The notes below the pieces were generated by a model that was not told the DNA's origin, searched no databases, and saw nothing but the letters and a program-made list of their open reading frames with translations. From Halomicronema hongdechloris C2206 (GTDB lineage: Bacteria; Cyanobacteriota; Cyanobacteriia; Phormidesmidales; Phormidesmidaceae), in assembly GCF_002075285.3 (NCBI RefSeq), contig NZ_CP021983.2, positions 870,001 to 902,000 on the forward strand: a stretch of 32,000 nucleotides of DNA, in the 5' to 3' direction. Positions within the stretch are counted from its first letter, which is position 1. Each line of letters opens with the position of its first letter. Below are positions 1 to 7,796 of the stretch, piece after piece. Both the position numbers and the translations under genes were made by a program.

Positions 1-94
1 CTGAAATCAGATGCACAACTGAAAACTAAAAGCAACCTGCGGAATATAGGTCAGAACACTCTCAGGAATTAGTGCAAAAGCTCTATGCGTAGCT

Positions 95-181
95 AGCTAA
101 CGATTGAGATGAGCCGCCGCAGATAACCCAAAGCACCCGACACATAACCTTTCGGCGGTCGGCTCCATCGATTTGTTAGCC
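95..181 (-). other. integron attC recombination site (attC_B), closing the DUF433 / PIN-like / 4-TM cassette
   Basis: Read on the minus strand: R'' GGCTAAC (181-175) and R' GTTAGCT (101-95). GC-rich arms 113-120 and 153-163 pair as 8 bp, with T159 extrahelical on the plus (bottom) strand. Length is 87 nt. Size and architecture match the attC at 5355-5434/7375-7380. Confidence 0.6.
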
Positions 182-235
182 CTCGCAACTACCCTCTAAC
201 GATCGCTCACTCCCTGATTCTTGATTTTTCCTTTC

Positions 236-787
236 TTACCTGCCCTTCGCCAGGTCCGCGTAGATCACAATCTCAATCCCCAGAAATATCAGAAACACCA
301 GTTCTGCCCAGCACAACACTTGAATTCCCCAATGAACTTGGGACACTAGCAGCCAAAAGGCAACGATCGCAGCGATACCCGAAACAACAAACGTCAACTC
401 ATCCACAACCAGTTGTTGCAGTTTGCGGCGATGGCGACGGTTATCGCTGCGGTGAGCAATTTCCCAGCCAAAAATTGAATCAATCTCACCCTGTCCCGCT
501 TCTTCTTTAACCTTTTCAACCAGCGTGTAGCGAATGTAGCGACCTAGTGCCGTAATTTTTTCATCGTTAACCAGATATGTCCATCCTAAAATAAGACAAA
601 TCCAGGGAATAATCAAAAAGGCATAGTAATTGTTGTTTGCCAGAGAAAAGGAAAGAATACCGCCGAATAGACCAAGGGTGACATACAGCAAGTTATCTCG
701 AAAACCGATGCGGGCTTTTTGCTCGTCTTTGAGCCGCTGATATTCTTGCAAATAAACTTCTAGCAGTGGAGATTTATTGTCAGCCAT
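236..787 (-). CDS. 4-TM integral membrane protein of unknown function (cassette-encoded)
   Basis: ORF 236..856 trimmed to the ATG at 787 (MADNKSPLLEVY...), 10 nt after the stop of the upstream gene. Four hydrophobic helices: LLYVTLGLFGGILSFSL, YYAFLIIPWICLILGWTYL, LTFVVSGIAAIVAFWLLV, VLCWAELVFLIFLGIEIVIY. No family recognised. Confidence 0.65.
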   Translation of the reverse strand: MADNKSPLLEVYLQEYQRLKDEQKARIGFRDNLLYVTLGLFGGILSFSLANNNYYAFLIIPWICLILGWTYLVNDEKITALGRYIRYTLVEKVKEEAGQGEIDSIFGWEIAHRSDNRRHRRKLQQLVVDELTFVVSGIAAIVAFWLLVSQVHWGIQVLCWAELVFLIFLGIEIVIYADLAKGR

Positions 788-797
788 TGCGTTTACC

Positions 798-1145
798 TTA
801 CAACGGAAGATATTGAATCTGGTTGAAATAATCTTCTGGTTCGGCGACTTTTGCAATCAGGTCCAAGTCTCGAACACAATCACCTACCGATACTGCTGTT
901 TGGCGAGCATAGATCACTCCGGCAAAGTCAATTCCTTCTGCTTGACGACGTGATGCTTCAATGGGGAAATCCTCATCTTGCGAAAATAGGACTCGCCCTA
1001 ACTCCAGTGCCCGATCAAGTAAAGCCGGATCAGGATAACCCCTGCGATCATCTTCTTGAACCGTAAGGATATCAACTCCTCGACGACGTAATCCTTCCGT
1101 GATTGCCAGCGGCACATGCTCATCCATATAGAGCGCGATCGTCAC
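798..1145 (-). CDS. DUF5615 / Mut7-C-type PIN-like nuclease domain protein (putative toxin)
   Basis: 3' part of ORF 798..1217. The GTG at 1145 overlaps the TGA of the upstream DUF433 ORF (GTGA, 1142-1145); an alternative ATG is at 1127. VTIALYMDEHVPLAITEGLRRRGVDILTVQED... resembles DUF5615 proteins, which normally pair with DUF433. Confidence 0.6.
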   Translation of the reverse strand: MTIALYMDEHVPLAITEGLRRRGVDILTVQEDDRRGYPDPALLDRALELGRVLFSQDEDFPIEASRRQAEGIDFAGVIYARQTAVSVGDCVRDLDLIAKVAEPEDYFNQIQYLPL

Positions 1146-1456
1146 AGCAATCCTTGCTCCCGTAGTTTCCGAGCGACTGCTGATTCTCCTACCTGTTGAC
1201 GGGCATGGGCTGCCCACTGGTCGATCTGCTCAATTTCAGCATCCATATCTGCTTTGTGATCCCAGTAATACGCCAGGGCAGAATGAATCTGGCTCATAGA
1301 AAGATGGGGATAGTTGGCGTGAAGTTCGTCGGGATTCCAGCCATAGGCTTTGACAGAGGTAATCAACTCGATCACCTTCATCGTAGTATCGGCGATAACC
1401 GGAATTCCATTTTCATTAATTTGAATATATTTGTAGTCTGTAGTAGTGAGAGTCAT
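1142..1456 (-). CDS. DUF433 domain protein (putative antitoxin / DNA-binding partner)
   Basis: 104 aa. YIQINENGIPVIADTTMKVIELI...GWNPDELHANYPHLSMSQIHSALAYYWDH matches the DUF433 pattern. It is translationally coupled to the downstream PIN-like ORF. Confidence 0.7.
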   Translation of the reverse strand: MTLTTTDYKYIQINENGIPVIADTTMKVIELITSVKAYGWNPDELHANYPHLSMSQIHSALAYYWDHKADMDAEIEQIDQWAAHARQQVGESAVARKLREQGLL

Positions 1457-1501
1457 GATAACTAGCGGGAGTAGAGGTGGACTAATCAGAATTCTTGAAT
1501 C

Positions 1502-1864
1502 TCAGGAGTTACCTGCTTCCTCCTCCGATACATCAAACATCAATAGATGCTTGATGAACCCTGCTGCCGCTGCTGCTGCGTAAAGTTGCCAGGGCTTGTC
1601 TTTAGTGCCGTCTTTAGTATCGTCCGCATAGTCACACAAGGCACGGACAATAAGACATCGTATCCGTTGATCCCATGCCGCTTTGCTGACACCATATCCT
1701 TCCATTTCAATTGCCCGAATTCTTCGGCTATAGGCAGCAATCCTATCTCGCACGTCGGGATCGGCAATGACGTTGTCTCCGGAAGCAATAACACCAATCT
1801 CGACTCCAGGGTAAGTTCCAGTATCATTAGGTCGCTCAGCAAGAATGGGAAACTTTCTTTTAGG
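1502..1864 (-). pseudogene. C-terminal part of a nucleoside phosphorylase superfamily (PNP_UDP_1-like) gene, separated from its upstream part by IS66 insertion
   Basis: KRKFPILAERP...GVEIGVIASGDNVIADPDVRDRIAAYSRRIRAIEMEGYGVSKAAWDQRIRCLIVRALCDYAD carries the C-terminal MTA/SAH-nucleosidase-like motifs (xEMEG, R..CDYAD). The first four codons of ORF 1502..1876 (GTGACCAGTTAC) are IS terminal sequence. Confidence 0.75.
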
Positions 1865-3443
1865 GTAACTGGTCACCGCAATAGTAGAGGCTTAATGAGA
1901 AAGCCTCTGACGACCCAGACTTATCCTGGTAACAGAACAGGAGGCGAGCACCCTGATGAGGCGAGGAGCTCAAAGAGCTGGTCTACCGCGTTTTCACCCT
2001 GACGGCGCATCGATTCGAGGAAGCTGACCATCATCGCCACGAGCTGAGCCCCCCACTCACTGCGGGCACCGCCACTGACGTTGCGATGAATCACCACCGG
2101 CCGTAGGCCTCGCTCCGCATCATTGTTGTCCGGGTTAACCTCAGGCTGAGAGAGAAAGGTAAACCAGTCTGAGCAATAGCGACGAAACCGGTTGCTCAAG
2201 GCTTGAGAATCAGCGGTCCAACGCCCGTTGGGGGGGTGCTCAAGCACATGGGCTAATTCTGCCTCGACAATCGGCCGCAGCGCTTGGAGTTCGCCGAGAC
2301 TGAATTGACCCCAATGATAGTCCCGGTGGGCCTGCCGAGCGGTCTGAATAATCGGCAAGATGCGCTGGGCGAACTCTCGATTTTCCGGGAAGCGAGAGAT
2401 TGTCAATGCCTTTAAGTCCCGCTCAATGTGGGCCCAGCATTTCTGCTTGGCGGCGGCCGATTGCGGCCCGTAGGCGGACCAGCAGTCGCTGCTGAGGACG
2501 CCCGCAAACTCGCCTCCCAAAAGCGCGTTGACTTCTGCCGAACTGCGGGTAGGGGCAAAGAACAGCACACAGCACTCGGGGGCGGTGGCAATCCACAGCC
2601 AATGATTCACCCCGTTCAAGCGATAACTGGTCTCATCGACACAGCGCACCCCCGGCTGTTGAATCCAGCTCCACCAGTGCTCATAGGCCGGTTGTAAGGC
2701 CTCGCAAAACCACTGATGCAGCTTCGCCAAACTCCCCTGAGACATCGGAATCCCGAAGATACTCTCGACCACATAGCGCTGTTTTGACCACGATAAGTTG
2801 CCGCCATACCCCAGCCAACCCACCACACTACTCAAGCGGCCGCCATAGCTAAACCCCTCCCGGCATCCCAGCGGCAAGTCCTGATAGCCTTGCCACTCGC
2901 AGGCGGGACACCGATACAACGGTCGCTCGTACTCCCAAATCTCGACGAGCTCTGGCACTAATTCGGCCACTTGCTGTCGCTTTGTCCCTTGGGGTTGGCG
3001 CTCCACTGCACCGCCGCAGATCGGGCAACTCTGCATGTCGAGTAACACGCTGTGGTCAATCCAACCAAAGCCATGGCGGGTCGTGCCAGGGTGGTTGTAT
3101 TTGGGGCCTCGTTTTCGCTGGGACTTTTGCTGATCCCGCTTCGGTTTCTTGGGGCCATCAGAGGATGGCGGCTGTGAGCTGGTTTCACTGGTCCGCCGGG
3201 TTAGCTTCCTGAGCTTCTCGCTCAGGGTCTCGAACTGCTCCTCGAGCTCTTTCACCCGTTGCGTCAGGCGCTCTGTCTCCGCTCGTTGCTCGCAATAGCG
3301 CTCGTACCCGTACCTCGCCCCTTGCTCTTCAGGGTCGATCTCGGAGAGGGTTGGCTCTGGCTGCGGTGGCTTTTTCATGTCCTCTACTCTACCGACTTTT
3401 GCCTGTTTCGCAATAGGTGGGTCTTGTTGCGGTGACTAATTAC
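1865..3443 (-). mobile_element. IS66-family insertion sequence, single-ORF type, apparently intact
   Basis: Terminal inverted repeats GTAACTGGTCACCGCAA (1865-1881) and, reverse-complemented, GTAATTAGTCACCGCAA (3443-3427) match at 15/17 and start with GTAA. A perfect 8-bp direct repeat CTTTTAGG flanks the element (1857-1864 and 3444-3451). Length is 1579 bp. Confidence 0.85.
1921..3378 (-). CDS. IS66-family transposase (TnpC-like, DDE)
   Basis: 485 aa uninterrupted. It has an N-terminal coiled-coil/leucine-zipper region, zinc-finger-like CPICG...CPACE, and DETSY...SDCWSAY...CWAHIERD...NPDNNDAERGLRP motifs typical of IS66 transposases. Confidence 0.9.
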   Translation of the reverse strand: MKKPPQPEPTLSEIDPEEQGARYGYERYCEQRAETERLTQRVKELEEQFETLSEKLRKLTRRTSETSSQPPSSDGPKKPKRDQQKSQRKRGPKYNHPGTTRHGFGWIDHSVLLDMQSCPICGGAVERQPQGTKRQQVAELVPELVEIWEYERPLYRCPACEWQGYQDLPLGCREGFSYGGRLSSVVGWLGYGGNLSWSKQRYVVESIFGIPMSQGSLAKLHQWFCEALQPAYEHWWSWIQQPGVRCVDETSYRLNGVNHWLWIATAPECCVLFFAPTRSSAEVNALLGGEFAGVLSSDCWSAYGPQSAAAKQKCWAHIERDLKALTISRFPENREFAQRILPIIQTARQAHRDYHWGQFSLGELQALRPIVEAELAHVLEHPPNGRWTADSQALSNRFRRYCSDWFTFLSQPEVNPDNNDAERGLRPVVIHRNVSGGARSEWGAQLVAMMVSFLESMRRQGENAVDQLFELLASSGCSPPVLLPG

Positions 3444-3721
3444 CTTTTAGGAACCGCTTTTGCCAGGTTCAAAAGCCATTCATCAGCAGGAATTTGCTCA
3501 GGTTCTTCGAGTTTGCCTTTAGGGGTCAATTTACCGAGTTCAAAGTAATAAACGCTCTCTCCAATGACTAAATCACCGAGAATTTGCAGGTGGAAAGGGT
3601 AAGGGATTACGGCGCAGATCCAAAATTTTGAGTTGGGGTAACTCTTCGAGTCAATCAGGGCAAGTTTCAATTTGGGTAAACGTTCACGTGAGGCGTAAAG
3701 GAATGTGAAATCCGGCCATGG
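3444..3721 (-). pseudogene. upstream part of the same phosphorylase-like gene (central domain segment); N-terminal third missing
   Basis: ORF 3440..3670 ends ...LAKAVPKR and then a TAA supplied by the IS end. Deleting 1865-3443 plus one CTTTTAGG copy joins ...AVPKR to KFPILAERP... in frame. ILGDLVIGESVYYFELGK resembles the central GD-containing strand of the fold. The frame stays open upstream to 3721, inside the next IS end. Confidence 0.7.
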
Positions 3722-5341
3722 TCATCCTCTGGTAATTTAAGGAACTATGGATGAGCAATATCTCAATCAGCCAGAGGGAATTCCTTTAGAAGACTGGGAG
3801 CGCACTCCAGTCAGCGTCAAGCAACTGGTTGGCCAGTTGAGTCAGCGCCTGGTGCAGTTAGAGCATCAATACCAGGACATGCAAGCGCAGATGCAGTTGC
3901 TGCAAGAGCAACTCAACCGGAACTCAACCAACTCATCGCAACCCCCGTCATCCGACCCGCCGCAGGTCGAGCCCCGTCGTCGTCGCCGCAACCGAGGTCG
4001 AGGCCGAGGCGGTCACCCCGGCCATCCCGGCCACCATCGCCGGTTGTTTGCGCCTGAGGCGTGTGAGACTATCAGCGATCATTATCCCGAGACCTGCGCC
4101 AACTGTGGTGCGGCCTTGAGCGGAGAAGACCCGAATCCCTATCGGCATCAAACCGTGGAGATGCCACCGGTCGTCCCTCAAGTGAAGGAATATCGCTTGC
4201 ACCAACGGGTCTGTCCCCAGTGTGGTCATCGGACTCGTGCCAAATTGCCAACCGGTGTTTCTAGTCACGTTTATGGGCCTCGAGTCGTCGCTACGGTCGG
4301 TGTGCTCAGTAGTCTGTATCGCCCTCACAGCGCCTGGTGCAACAGGCCATGGCCGATTTATTCGGCCTCCCAATAGCCCTGGGCAGTGTCAATAATCTGC
4401 GCCAACAAGCCAGCGAGGCGGTGGCTGAACCGGTCGAGGTCGCCAAGACCTATGCTCGCCAACAACCGATTGTGGGCTCAGATGAAACCAGTTTTTCCCA
4501 AGGCAATGTGGATGGTCACAATCCTGAGGGACGTCAAGGTTGGCTCTGGGTGGTGGTGACGCCCTGGGTGAGCGTCTTTGAGGTGTTTCTCCATCACTCC
4601 CAACAGTCCGCCCAGGCCCTCTTAGGCGCAACGTTCGATGGCATTTTGATTTCAGATCGCCACAGCGCCTACACCTGGGTGGCCTTGGAGCGTCGGCAGC
4701 TCTGTTGGGCGCACTTGAAACGAGACTTCACCAAAATTGCCGAGCGCACAGGGGTGTCTCAAGGTTTAGGTGAGGCGCTGCTCGAGCAAGAACAGGCGTT
4801 ATTTAAGCTCTGGTATCAGGTTCGAGATGGCACCTTAGCGCGTCCACAGTTTATCGAGGCGGTGAAGCCGATTCGCGAGCAGGTGAAGGCCCTGCTCACC
4901 GAAGGCGCTAGCTATGCCATCGGCCCTAAAGAGAAGACGCCGTTGGCGAAAACGGTGCGCACCTGTCAACGCTTATTAACGGTGGAACCGGCCCTCTGGC
5001 TCTTTATCACAGTGGAGGGGGTGGAACCGACTAATAATGATTCTGAGCGAGCGTTGCGACCAGCGGTCATCTGGAGAGGCATTAGTTTTGGCTCCCAGAC
5101 GAAGGCCGGCAGTACCTTTGTGGCTCGAATGCTGACGGTGATAGCAACACTACGTTCTCAAAATCGCAGTATCCTCGAGTACATGACTGAGGCCTGTCGG
5201 GCAGCCCGTGAGGGGAAACCGGCTCCTTCATTATTGCCGCAAACTCCTAATACACAAGAGCGGGACTCACTTGCGGCTTAATACCCACTGGTCGATTACG
5301 GTTTCAAAGACTCGACCAACAATCTTTCACTACGCCTGCAC
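3676..5341 (+). mobile_element. second, different IS66-family element (boundaries approximate)
   Basis: Subterminal inverted match GTGAGGCGTA..GTGAAA (3688-3710) against reverse-complemented GTGCAGGCGTA.GTGAAA (5341-5322). A GTAA-type start is possible at 3676. I could not find a clean 8-bp target duplication. Confidence 0.55.
3747..5281 (+). pseudogene. IS66-family transposase interrupted by a single frameshift
   Basis: ORFs 3747..4376 and 4337..5281 are the N- and C-terminal parts of one IS66 transposase (CANCG...CPQCG zinc finger, DETSF, SDRHSAY, CWAHLKRD, PTNNDSERALRP). The frame changes at about 4320-4325: ...SSLYR then SQRLVQQAMADLFG. One base appears to be missing in tatcgccctcacag. 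Confidence 0.85.
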
Positions 5342-5354
5342 AAATCACTCAGAG

Positions 5355-5434
5355 GGCTAACGGTGAAAGCCAGCGGCGGTAGGTGACCTATGCGGCTTGG
5401 CCAGAGCTTTTAGACCGTCCGCTGCGCTGAGGTG
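5355..5434 (-). other. integron attC site (attC_A), major part: R' box, both L arms and the first base of R''
   Basis: Minus-strand R' is GTTAGCC (5361-5355). Arms 5369-5379 (GCCAGCGGCGG) and 5415-5427 (CCGTCCGCTGCGC) pair as 11 bp, with T5418 and C5425 extrahelical on the plus (bottom) strand. G5434 plus 7375-7380 restores GTTAGAC, the complement of R'' GTCTAAC. Total length is 86 nt once the intron is removed. Confidence 0.7.
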
Positions 5435-5932
5435 GTACGCCCGGCACGGGCGTGAACTAATGGGGTGAAAGTCCCCTGTCGGAGAACCAGTGTCCAAATG
5501 CTCGAAAGCTAATTGGAGCCGAGAGACACCAACGACTAGCTTAAGGCAAGGGCGTTTCCGCGAGGGAGGGTCTGGAGGAAGCCAGCGGCAAAGCTGCGAG
5601 CCGACGGACAGAAACATCATAGAAGGCCGAGATTCCTGGGGCGAGTCTGCCACACAAGACAAAGCCCTCTGGTTCAGGGAACACGGTAAATGGCGCGGTT
5701 GTGCAGGGACAGTTCACGGTCTTATCCGGGGAGGTCTGCCCAGGTGCAGCCAGGGGCGCTAGGGAAGTCGGACTGAGGGCCATCCCGAAAGGGCTGGACA
5801 ACCCACCGAATCCTACGGCAACTCAGGCAGCGCGGCTAACGGCAACGTGAGGCGAACTGGGCAGAAGTCAGCCGAGGTCATAGTAGCTGCGTTGGCAGCG
5901 AAGGACCGAACAGTGTCAAATAAGGAGGAGCC

Positions 5933-7270
5933 ATGACGGACTCAGACGTATCAATGAACCTGGATAGGGGAGACACGGTCTGGCGCACGGTCATGCAGCC
6001 AGCCTTAGACATCAACCTGATGGCGAAGGTGGTAGCGAAAGCCAATCTGCAGAAGGCATGGCAACGAGTGAAGTCAAACCAGGGAGCACCCGGCAGTGAC
6101 GGGATGTCTCTGGAAGCCTTTCCAGGCTATGCCCGCGAGCATTGGCCCACCATTCGTCAGTCCTTGTGGAATGGAACTTACCACCCTCAACCCGTGCGGC
6201 GGGTGGTAATACCCAAACCAGGGGGTCGAGGGGAAAGATTGCTCGGTGTGCCCTGTGTGGTCGACCGCGTGATTCAACAAGCCATTCTGCAAGTGCTCAC
6301 GCCAATCTTTGACCCCGGCTTTTCCGAGTCAAGTTTTGGCAGTCGCCCCCAACGCTCGGCTCATGGAGCCATTGCCCAGATAAAGGGCTATCTGAAGGAG
6401 GGCTATCGCGTCGCGGTGGATTTGGACTTAGAGAAATTCTTCGATACCGTTCATCATGATGTGCTGATGTCCCGCGTTTCACGCAAGGTGCACGACAAAG
6501 TGCTTCTGAAACTGATAGGCCGCTATCTACGAGCTGGCGTCATGGTGGACGGCATCATCCAGGCAACGGCATGGGGAACCCCGCAAGGGTCGCCCTTGTC
6601 GCCGCTGCTCGCCAACATTTTGTTGGCTGAACTAGATCAGGAACTGGAGCAGCGAGGCCACCGCTTTGTGCGCTACATGGATGACTTGGTCATTCTGGTC
6701 AGAAGTGAGCGGGCAGGCAAGCGGGTCATGGCTTCTGTGAGTCGATATCTGACCCAAAAGCTGAAGCTGAAGGTGAATCGGCAAAAGTCCCAGGTAGTGA
6801 ATGTCCATGACTTGGAATACCTCGGATTTCAATTTCGAGGGATCCGAGTCTATTGGTCGGACCAAGCCTTTGCAGACTTTAAACACCGACTGAAAGGGCT
6901 AACGGCCCGCAGTTGGCGCGTCTCAATGGCCCATCGCCTGGAGCGATTGAACCAGTACTTGAGAGGCTGGATGGGTTACTTTGGCATCTCGCAGTATTAT
7001 CACTCGATACCGGATCTCGATGGATGGCTGAGGCGTCGCCTTCGGATGTGTTACTGGAAACAGTGGCGTCGACCGCGCACGCGCATTCAGAAGCTCCTGG
7101 AATTGGGGACGGATAAGCGTCATGCGATTCGGACAGGCATTAGCCGTAAGGGCTATTGGCACCTGTCGCGAACGCTGGCAACGCAAACGGGGATGACCAA
7201 TGAGTGGTTAGCAAAGCAAGGATTGTTGTCGATACGTGACCTTTGGATGAAAGCCCAGGGTTACATTTAA
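5933..7270 (+). CDS. group II intron reverse transcriptase/maturase (no endonuclease domain)
   Basis: 445 aa. RT motifs are present, including YMDDLVILV (YxDD), plus a maturase/X domain (RLNQYLRGWMGYFGISQ). The protein ends shortly after the X domain with no HNH/En extension. Confidence 0.95.
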   Translation: MTDSDVSMNLDRGDTVWRTVMQPALDINLMAKVVAKANLQKAWQRVKSNQGAPGSDGMSLEAFPGYAREHWPTIRQSLWNGTYHPQPVRRVVIPKPGGRGERLLGVPCVVDRVIQQAILQVLTPIFDPGFSESSFGSRPQRSAHGAIAQIKGYLKEGYRVAVDLDLEKFFDTVHHDVLMSRVSRKVHDKVLLKLIGRYLRAGVMVDGIIQATAWGTPQGSPLSPLLANILLAELDQELEQRGHRFVRYMDDLVILVRSERAGKRVMASVSRYLTQKLKLKVNRQKSQVVNVHDLEYLGFQFRGIRVYWSDQAFADFKHRLKGLTARSWRVSMAHRLERLNQYLRGWMGYFGISQYYHSIPDLDGWLRRRLRMCYWKQWRRPRTRIQKLLELGTDKRHAIRTGISRKGYWHLSRTLATQTGMTNEWLAKQGLLSIRDLWMKAQGYI

Positions 7271-7301
7271 CAACCCAGGTTAGTGTTTGCTCCTTGATGC
7301 T

Positions 7302-7374
7302 GAACCGCCCTGTGCGGACCCGCTTGCAGGGTGGTGTGGGAGGGGGGATTCGTGAGGATTCTCCCTATCCCGAT
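7302..7374 (+). ncRNA. group II intron domains V and VI
   Basis: DV (~7304-7335): ACCGCCCUGU pairs with GCAGGGUGGU (10 bp), with a UU bulge on the 3' strand, a 3-bp distal helix GCG/CGC and a 4-nt loop. This 32-nt form is short, as expected for class C. DVI (7338-7370): a 14-bp helix with a GUGA tetraloop and a bulged A7367 lying 7 nt from the 3' end. Confidence 0.75.
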
Positions 7375-7380
7375 TTAGAC
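7375..7380 (-). other. remaining 6 nt of the R'' box of attC_A (3' exon side of the intron)
   Basis: TTAGAC lies immediately 3' of the intron. With G5434 it forms GTTAGAC on the plus strand, which is GTCTAAC (RYYYAAC) in cassette orientation, starting 3 nt after the stop of the protease gene. Confidence 0.7.
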
Positions 7381-7383
7381 CGT

Positions 7384-7791
7384 TTACGGCGACTTGGGCT
7401 TAACCTCGAATTCCATCTTAGAGCGATAAAAACATATGTCGAACTCCACAAAAAAGTTCGTCTGACCTAGAATCAATGGTGCATTGGGGCCTTTAGTCCA
7501 AGCAAAGGCTAATTGAACTGGAGCGATATCTCCAACTTGAACCATCGCGGAGAATGGTGTAGCTGGTTGGTTGCCCAAATTTCCTGCCAGTTGAATGATT
7601 GCTCTGCTGTCGTCCCAGGTGGCCCCAAGCTGTAGACCCAGTTCATAAGGCATAACGTTGACGGTTGCGCCACTGTCAACCAGGCCGAGGGCTTCAACTG
7701 TACGCCCCTCGCGACGAAGAATGAGCGGCACCCGTGGAAGACTATCGAACTCGTTCTGGGAGGTATCGGTGGTGGAATAGCGGAAACGCAT
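7384..7791 (-). CDS. retropepsin-like (clan AA) aspartic protease
   Basis: 135 aa with the active-site motif LVDSGAT, followed by a flap-like region and ILGQTNFF. The size is typical of single-domain bacterial retropepsin-like proteins. Confidence 0.75.
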   Translation of the reverse strand: MRFRYSTTDTSQNEFDSLPRVPLILRREGRTVEALGLVDSGATVNVMPYELGLQLGATWDDSRAIIQLAGNLGNQPATPFSAMVQVGDIAPVQLAFAWTKGPNAPLILGQTNFFVEFDICFYRSKMEFEVKPKSP

Positions 7792-7796
7792 GACAA

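Larger units (their letters stand above)
5435..7374 (+). mobile_element. group II intron, bacterial class C (IIC-attC type), full length
   Basis: The 5' end is GUACG followed by the hairpin ACGCCCG-GCA-CGGGCGU. The 5' RNA segment before the ORF is short (~500 nt) and contains GGGGUGAAAGUCCCC, GGAGGAAGCCAGCGGCAAAGC, CCGGGGAGGUCUG, GCAGAAGUCAGCCGAGGUCAUAGUAGC and GAAGGACCGAACA. From memory these resemble the Oceanobacillus iheyensis IIC intron. Domains V and VI follow the RT ORF, and the 3' end is ...CCCGAU. Confidence 0.85.

Noticed and set aside
1457-1501. attC between the phosphorylase-like gene and the DUF433 gene
   Set aside because: The gap is only 45 nt. It holds one degenerate ATTAGTC box and a small GAATTC-centred palindrome. 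There is no R''/L''/L'/R' architecture, even allowing overlap with the upstream ORF end.
5389-5395. AUGCGGC as an alternative group II intron 5' end
   Set aside because: This boundary leaves the attC unreconstructable. The GUACG at 5435 is followed by the expected 5' hairpin, and excision there restores GTTAGAC exactly.
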